From NCBI GenBank assembly GCA_031411295.1, contig JANOAV010000081.1, positions 1 through 14,125 on the forward strand: 14,125 bases of DNA, in the 5' to 3' direction. Below are positions 9,601-14,125 of this stretch, one piece after another; position 1 is the stretch's first letter; every line of letters begins with the position of its first letter. This DNA is from Verrucomicrobiales bacterium (GTDB lineage Bacteria > Verrucomicrobiota > Verrucomicrobiia > Verrucomicrobiales > V1-33). The notes below the pieces were generated by a model. The model was not told the origin of the DNA and made no database searches. It worked only from the letters and a program-made list of their open reading frames with translations. The translations under genes were made by a program, and so were the position numbers.

Positions 9601-9707
9601 GCCGGTTCCGACCTCCCAATGGTTGCAGTTGCAAACAGGAAGCTAACTAACATTCCTGATCTAAGTTGTCGTGGCGTCGTCGTGATTTTCATTAAATCTT
9701 CTTTCAT
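6666..9707 (-). CDS. Secreted polysaccharide deacetylase (NodB/CE4-like) fused to an Ig-like (DUF5018-like) module and autotransporter-associated beta-strand repeats
   Basis: Signal peptide; alternative start at ATG 9692. CE4 motifs VVFTFDDG, IGNHTRGH, FCWPFY and VITFHG at ~8907-9552. Ig-like segment VPPTADVTALAPVF..DFSTPQIYKITAQDGSTKDYTV. Four passenger-associated repeats, e.g. LKKCGAGTLKLSGANTFSGQTIVEGGTL and LTKTGTGTWLLSGKNTYTGPTSVKQGTL. Confidence 0.9.
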   Translation of the reverse strand: MKEDLMKITTTPRQLRSGMLVSFLFATATIGRSEPAKVDDPLGILKKPIPERLVVFTFDDGCASHATVAAPILKKYGFNGTFYVSDAYLFRERKDWYMTWRQIRTMSEQGFDIGNHTRGHGQLSMTDVGGCQAYVWTLEDEMIANRIPRSTTFCWPFYDKNPKFYPLLQSWGYTFARGGYGRTYDPTQDNPFDVPSFAAGGVGQTIEGLISAVQQATDGKVVVITFHGTPDMEHAGVGIDPDIFEDIVEYLKGNNYKVVAMRDLVEYIDPAKAAQLPPTKTTLRAKLEKPDAPPLVKGDKPFVPSKRERRGYQFPKELTGPWTVKEIYRLKLPDAASTAINGTTITMLVPPTADVTALAPVFDLARFATSAPPSGTVRDFSTPQIYKITAQDGSTKDYTVKAVQSAKPMHFTWTAKDGGNFNDGSKWKSHLGAAASPVGEGNADTILNFTAPGRFTVTREGEGDFVLNQLNFTGSFPTWIGNGSLVFTKSSSSMLPHMNSQARSEVTIKAPIRLDADLIIDGLELDDTRVFLPGVISGKGALIKDGPHSLYVSNSANTYSGGTIVNEGSLSVQKQGLGTGPLTLNQDGAIGIGGDAVMNSLTAKGGRIFSGGIGHWSGPVTLQGNTMVSCPDTLVFDNKESGISGPGGLTQTGHRVDHGTKSGTIKLFGRNTYTGATKVEMGLLEVKSSLYNNEPAQWTPANITVNGAAGELRLHVGGPDAFTAAQAGTMLKNLTTNINRNGLLARSTFGVDTTGATEVQELTTTINDSQGPGGGGIHLKKCGAGTLKLSGANTFSGQTIVEGGTLSVESLNSVVKGMPSSSLGAPKDESDGEIFLSGGCTLVYIGKGETTDRTLNFPGRQDAISLDQSGTGLFKLTSPFVISGYAENKTLILTGSSSGTGEIACNIENPYDRKEKATTSLTKTGTGTWLLSGKNTYTGPTSVKQGTLVISNPHGLGEQTEVSISQGGILELNDKAEIRIRKLELDGKAQPPGTYDANNSPNFIKGNGVLKIQ

Positions 9708-9708
9708 C

Positions 9709-10830
9709 TTATTGTTTGATTTTCGAGGTCAGAGGAAGCAGTTCCAGGATGACATGGGCATAGAGACGATGCCCGAAATCGTTGGGATGGTTGACATTGT
9801 TGCCGCTGATATCGGAGAAATTTTTCTTCTTGAGAACTTCAATCCAGGGCGTCGCAACATCCGCCAACGCCATATTCTTGGTCACTAACCCGCCCAGGAA
9901 CTTGGCTTTCAAGAGAAACCCATCCGCACCGGCGAACAGCGGATTCATGGTCATGGGTGCGACTAGCACGATATCGGTCTCGGGATTCGCTGCGATGACA
10001 TCATCGCGCATTTTGGTCATTTTCTTGTCGTAGCCCCCGCCATCGTTCATCCCAAATGCGAGAAACACCAAATCCGGCTTTTCTGCTGTCACCTTGGGAA
10101 CCATCTCCACTCCCCAGCCAGCTTCCGCGCCAGCGGCACCGAAATTGACTAGCGTCACTTGCGATCCGAAACGTTTTTGGAGTGTGTTCGCAACCAATTG
10201 CGGATAAGCGGGTTGATAGGGTTCCGCGAGCGATTCCTTGAATCCTGAGGCATTGAACCCCTGCGTGATGCTGTCACCCAGCGCCACCAGCTTGATCGGC
10301 TGCTTGGCCCTGAGCTTGGTCAGGACACGGGTCAATTGTTCGGGTTGCGATTTCATTTCCACGGGCCACGGATCGGTCTTGTGCCAGTAGGAAACCTGCA
10401 CCTGAAGATCATGGAAGAAACGGCCCTCAGAATGCAGGACCGTGGCAAACATATTCGAGCTGCCCTTTGGCGGCATCATCTGCGCCGCTGTCTTGAACGG
10501 AATCCGCGAAGTCAAAGTCAACTCAATGATGTTCGTGCCGGGCTTCCAGGTGTAATCCTTGCCTTCCTCATATTTCATGTTGAGATCCGGATGGGTGATC
10601 TGGAATTTTTCGCTGGGAGTGAACAACAGTTTGCCCGTGGCCAACAGTTTACCCTCCTCCAGAATGAAGAGCACCGGCTCGCGGTCACTCGCCTGCGAGC
10701 GCCAGAGCGGTTCGCCCAGCACCATGCCCGGTCCCGCCCTTTCCGCCTTTTCCGAAGCATCGTCAGCCATCAGCAAGGTGCTTCCGCAGAAGATTCCCAG
10801 CACTGTATATATAAGTTGTTTTGTCATCAT
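9709..10830 (-). CDS. Secreted SGNH/GDSL hydrolase (putative carbohydrate esterase) with an N-terminal beta-rich domain
   Basis: Signal peptide MMTKQLIYTVLGIFCGSTLLMA. SGNH blocks LVALGDSITQG (I), NFGAAG (II), FLAFGMND (III) and NHPNDFGH (V). The stop lies 1 nt before the ATG (9707) of the deacetylase, which is operon-like. Confidence 0.9.
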   Translation of the reverse strand: MMTKQLIYTVLGIFCGSTLLMADDASEKAERAGPGMVLGEPLWRSQASDREPVLFILEEGKLLATGKLLFTPSEKFQITHPDLNMKYEEGKDYTWKPGTNIIELTLTSRIPFKTAAQMMPPKGSSNMFATVLHSEGRFFHDLQVQVSYWHKTDPWPVEMKSQPEQLTRVLTKLRAKQPIKLVALGDSITQGFNASGFKESLAEPYQPAYPQLVANTLQKRFGSQVTLVNFGAAGAEAGWGVEMVPKVTAEKPDLVFLAFGMNDGGGYDKKMTKMRDDVIAANPETDIVLVAPMTMNPLFAGADGFLLKAKFLGGLVTKNMALADVATPWIEVLKKKNFSDISGNNVNHPNDFGHRLYAHVILELLPLTSKIKQ

Positions 10831-10836
10831 GGTGGA

Positions 10837-10929
10837 TTAGGGGCGATTGGGTGCGGCTTGTGGCGTGTCAGTCGCGAGAATGGCAGCGCCTAAAACGAAT
10901 AGTAGGGTGATGATGAGTTTGCGTTCCGT
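10837..10929 (-). pseudogene. Orphan signal-peptide relic, possibly the N-terminus of a deleted sulfatase
   Basis: Reads (ACG)ERKLIITLLFVLGAAILATDTPQAAPNRP* : a basic n-region, a hydrophobic h-region, then AAPNRP with an AAT (Asn) codon one base out of frame. RPN is the usual start of the mature sulfatase domain. The first codon is ACG, one base away from ATG. Confidence 0.4.
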
Positions 10930-10943
10930 GAAAGTTTCGTGAC

Positions 10944-11369
10944 CTATCTCCACAGCGGTTCGATTTGTTCATCGTTCCACTTGTCCCAGAGCGCTGACAT
11001 TTTCTGCACGCGGGCGGGTTCTTGGGGGGCGAGATTCCGGGTCTCGCTGATGTCTTGCGTGAGGTCGTAGAGTTGCCACTCCTTGCCATCGCGAATGAGT
11101 TTCCAGTCGCCGAGACGCAGGGCGTTCTTTTTGCCAACGCACCAGAACAGCGGACGTTCGGGCAGTTGCGTGACCTTGCCTGTGAGCAAGGGCATGAGGT
11201 TAATGCCGTCCAAGGTGGCTTCGGCTTTGGTCGAAGGCTTCGGAGCTAAAGCACCAGCCACTTTCAGCGCTGTCGCGGTGGCGTCGATGGACGCCACAGG
11301 TGCATCCACCACCTGACCTGCGGTGATGTGATTCTTCCACGACGCAATGAAAGGCACGCGAATGCCGCC
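10944..11369 (-). pseudogene. 3' fragment of a formylglycine-dependent (S1) sulfatase
   Basis: GGIRVPFIASW, SIDATATAL, LDGINLMPLLTG, RPLFW, ALRLGDWKLI and QLYDLTQDISETRNLA are typical sulfatase C-terminal motifs. Similarity stops at the expected Glu of EGGIRVP, where the codon is CCT. The N-terminal DD and CxPxR active-site motifs are absent. Confidence 0.85.
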
Positions 11370-11525
11370 AGGCACCCCGTGAACTGAAAAGGGCAGATTA
11401 GGCGAATTAACGGCGGGAAAAACTTCGGGCGGGAAAAATAGAGGTCGATTTTGCGAAAAACCGAAAAATCTAGGCCCAGGGAAATCGCGCATTTTCAAAA
11501 AATGACGGATTTTGGGACAGGCTCC
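11370..11525. mobile_element. Putative insertion-sequence end remnant(s) with no transposase
   Basis: AT-richer, A-tract-rich block starting exactly where the sulfatase is cut (GGCACCCCGTGAACTGAAAA). It ends in TTTTGGGACAGGCTCC (reverse complement GGAGCCTGTCCCAAAA), reminiscent of IS5/IS1182-type termini. Internal direct repeat GGCGGGAAAAA at 11412-11422 and 11428-11438. Family not assignable by eye. Confidence 0.45.
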
Positions 11526-11594
11526 ATTTAGCCGTATTTCATCCATCGACTTTTGCGGGGCGGATTTGAATGCTTTTAGCACAATAATCCGCTT

Positions 11595-11792
11595 TCCCCA
11601 TACATCCTCCCCGCCGCCCCGCACCGTCCAAGTCCCCCCGCTCTGCACCCCGCTACCCGCAACCCCCGGCCCGCCAATATCCAGCGAACTCCACCCCACC
11701 GGCAACCCCTGCGCCTCGAAGCCAAGGCACGCCAAAAAAACGCGGACGAGAACGGCAGCGAAACGGAAGCTGTGACGGACGGCGGAGTTCAT
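11595..11792 (-). pseudogene. 5' fragment of a secreted protein with a ConA-like/DUF1349-type beta-sandwich start
   Basis: ATG 11792 overlaps the upstream TGA (ATGA). Signal-peptide-like MNSAVRHSFRFAAVLVRVFLACLGFEAQG, then LPVGWSSLDIGGPGVAGS..GGTWTVRGGGEDVWG, a recurrent module start in secreted glycan-active proteins. The similarity ends abruptly at ~11594. Confidence 0.65.
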
Positions 11793-14125
11793 GGCGCAGT
11801 GACTTTGAGCCGCAGGAAAAGCGCCGCGGTGCCTGCGGGGACGATGGCTCGCACGGTGCGGATAGTGCCGTTGTCGCGGGTGATTTGCTGCGTGACTCCG
11901 GCGGTGCTCCAACTCCCGGCCGCGAGGGTTTCGCTCCACTCGACTGCGTAGGTGAGGTCTGGCGCGAGACTCGGGCGGGTGTAGGTGAAGGCGAGCGTGT
12001 TGCCTTCCAGCGCGATGCTGTAGGGCGCGGCGTTCGACTGCGCGGGGTTGGTGGCGAGGGCGTATTCGAGCAGGTTGTTGAAGGCGTCGCCGTCGGGGTT
12101 GGCGGTGGCCAGTCGGTTGTTGCCGGTGAGGGTGGGGTAGGCGGTCATCCATTGCGTGAAGGATGCGGTGGACTCGATGGAATACGTGACGCTGAGGCTC
12201 GGCGGAGAGCCGCCGGATTTGTCGAATGCCTCGGCAGTGCGGTGGCCGGCACCTTCGATGAAGAGCGCGATGGCGTTGCCGCTGGCCCAGCCGGGACGGG
12301 AAACGATTTCCTGCACGATGCCTGCGAGGTTTGGAGTGCGCTGGCTTGCGGCGGCTTCGCCCAAAACGCTCCACGCGGAGGGCTGCCAAACCACGCTGGT
12401 CGCGGTGATGGGACGATTGCTGAGATTTCCGGCTGTGGCACTGAATGCGGCGGCGTGGTCCGCGGCCTCCACTGTGATGTCGAGCGTGGTCGTTTCACTC
12501 TGCGCTTCGTCGGCGGTAAACTGAATGGTGGCACTGGTGATGATGGCTCCTTGCGGAATCGGCAGTCCGGCAAAACGCAGGCCGACGAGTTGGTCGCCCG
12601 CGCTGGTCGCGTCGTCGTTCACGAGTTCGAGGTCGGTGCTCGTTAGGTTCACGGCACCGGTGGCGGATTCCTCCGCATCGTCCGCACTGGCTGCGAGAGG
12701 CACTGTTAGCGTCACGGGGGTGGCTGCATCCACGACGGTGAGCATAAACGTGTCGCTGGCCGTGTTCGTGCCGTCGCTCACGGTGAGTGTGATGGTCGCG
12801 GTGCCGCTCTGGTTCACTGTGGGCGTGACGGTGACGGTGCGGTTCGCGCCGCTGCCGCCGAAGACGATGTTCGCAGTCGGCACGAGCGTGGTGTTTGACG
12901 AGGCTTTCGTGAGCGTGAGCGAGCCAGCGGCGGTGAGGTCGTCGCCGACGATGAAGGGGAGCGCGGCGGTGGCGATGTTCTCTCTGGTGGTCTGGCTGGC
13001 CACGTTGCTGATGGTCGGGGCGTCGTTGATGCCGGAGACGGTCCATGCGTCGAGCGAGGTGACGGTGGGCAGCGTGGTGGGGATGGGGTCGCCGCTGGCG
13101 AGGGGTTTGAGATAAACGGTCAGCCGCGTGCTGGTGACACCGTTGAGCTGAATGCTGAGTTTTCGGGACCATGTGTTCTCGTTTTGCCCGGCGGGATCCG
13201 GCGAACTGGAAAAGGGAGTTGAATTCCGGACGGTGAAGACGCCGCCGCCGCTCAGGATTTTGCACCAAAGTCGCTCGTTGCCCTGCGTAAGCGTGGTGGA
13301 GGTGCCGTCGGCGGCAATGCTCCAACTGGTAATCTCCGAGTTGAAGTGCATGAACCACCACACGGTGGAAGCCGCGCTGAGATCGATCTCGTCCTGCACG
13401 ATGACGTCGTGGCGGCCATTGAGCAGCCGGAACCCGCGCCGGATTTCGTTCGCGCCGCTGTAGGCCGGCGTGAGGTCCATGACGCTGATGGAGCCGTCGC
13501 CATCGGGCGAACTGCGCCAGAAGAGGATTTCCGTATTGTAGCCGAGCCTTTGGTCCGGGCCGCTGCCGGGATTGATGACGAGCGTGTTGTGGCCCTCGGC
13601 GCGCTTGCGGTAGTAGTCCCAGCGGTCGGTGCCGGAGGAGGAGGTCGGATTCAGCACGCCCGGCAGCGAGTAATCTTCCGCGCCCATGTCGAGAGCCCAG
13701 TTCTTGCCATTGGCATAAAGCATGAACGAACCGGCATCGAGGTCGGTGTGCGCATTTTCGCCGACATGCCCGCCTTTGAAGGCCAGATACGTTGCGCGGG
13801 AGTCGTTCCAATGCTCGCGAAAAACTCCCGCTTCCAGCGTATCGAAAGCGGGCGACGTCGGCGTGGTCGCGCCGCGAAAATACACGTCGGGCGACACGCT
13901 CTCCACGCTGGGATTGCTGCCGCGAGGGTCATACCACAACAAATCCAGCGCCTCGGGTCCGCCGTCGCCGTCGTTGCAAAAATTGCGCTGAAACCATGCG
14001 CACACCGGACGGTTGTAGCGCCGCGCAAACCAGAACAGCTCGGGACCGGCCCGCTCGTAGTTTGCCGTGTCGCCGAAGTTATACATGTTCTCCGTGGGCC
14101 CGGTCATGTGCATCGGCACGACGCC
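11789..14125 (-). CDS. Heparinase II/III-family polysaccharide lyase-like multidomain protein (5' end outside the window)
   Basis: The frame is open to the window edge. Motifs YNFGD, YLAFKGG..AHTDLDAGSF, WALDMGAEDY, YYRKRAEGHNTLVINP and VQDEI..VWWFMH. These are followed by a cadherin/Ig-like repeat (NDAPTIS..TATITLTVSDG, ~12736-13028), an ADDAEE..GLRF..IPQGAIITSATIQF jelly-roll (~12184-12710) and a C-terminal NPDGD..LLEYALATNP..LFLRLKV domain. Confidence 0.88.
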   Translation of the reverse strand, partial: GVVPMHMTGPTENMYNFGDTANYERAGPELFWFARRYNRPVCAWFQRNFCNDGDGGPEALDLLWYDPRGSNPSVESVSPDVYFRGATTPTSPAFDTLEAGVFREHWNDSRATYLAFKGGHVGENAHTDLDAGSFMLYANGKNWALDMGAEDYSLPGVLNPTSSSGTDRWDYYRKRAEGHNTLVINPGSGPDQRLGYNTEILFWRSSPDGDGSISVMDLTPAYSGANEIRRGFRLLNGRHDVIVQDEIDLSAASTVWWFMHFNSEITSWSIAADGTSTTLTQGNERLWCKILSGGGVFTVRNSTPFSSSPDPAGQNENTWSRKLSIQLNGVTSTRLTVYLKPLASGDPIPTTLPTVTSLDAWTVSGINDAPTISNVASQTTRENIATAALPFIVGDDLTAAGSLTLTKASSNTTLVPTANIVFGGSGANRTVTVTPTVNQSGTATITLTVSDGTNTASDTFMLTVVDAATPVTLTVPLAASADDAEESATGAVNLTSTDLELVNDDATSAGDQLVGLRFAGLPIPQGAIITSATIQFTADEAQSETTTLDITVEAADHAAAFSATAGNLSNRPITATSVVWQPSAWSVLGEAAASQRTPNLAGIVQEIVSRPGWASGNAIALFIEGAGHRTAEAFDKSGGSPPSLSVTYSIESTASFTQWMTAYPTLTGNNRLATANPDGDAFNNLLEYALATNPAQSNAAPYSIALEGNTLAFTYTRPSLAPDLTYAVEWSETLAAGSWSTAGVTQQITRDNGTIRTVRAIVPAGTAALFLRLKVTAP

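Noticed and set aside
11793..12389. N-terminal Arg/His-rich part of the 481-aa ORF 10944-12389
   Set aside because: Off-frame shadow of the lyase gene. The credible start is ATG 11792.
12495..13811. 438-aa Arg-rich ORF and other long alternative-frame or antisense ORFs inside the large genes
   Set aside because: Typical shadows of high-GC3 coding sequence, with no motifs.

Overview
Accessory region that looks verrucomicrobial (Luteolibacter/Prosthecobacter-like). This is inferred from the protein architectures and is not proven. The window opens with a REPIN-like pair of inverted GTGG-hairpin repeats (1-91). A ~1950-aa secreted lamin-tail/CotH-kinase multidomain protein follows on the + strand (187-6039). 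After a ~600-bp stretch of apparent gene debris, a convergent minus-strand glycan-processing cluster begins. In transcription order it contains: a 5'-truncated heparinase II/III-type lyase with Ig and jelly-roll modules; a translationally coupled but truncated secreted gene; an IS-end-like scar; the 3' part of a sulfatase; an orphan signal-peptide relic; an SGNH esterase; and a NodB-type deacetylase fused to autotransporter-associated beta-strand repeats with no beta-barrel. Three observations stand out. (i) Two unrelated secreted proteins share a ~120-aa C-terminal domain, a candidate lineage-specific sorting or anchoring signal. (ii) A deletion scar leaves one continuous chimeric reading frame (11792-10944). 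(iii) The REPIN-like element. No rRNA, tRNA, CRISPR array or intact transposase was seen. All family calls come from motif recognition by eye; no searches were run.
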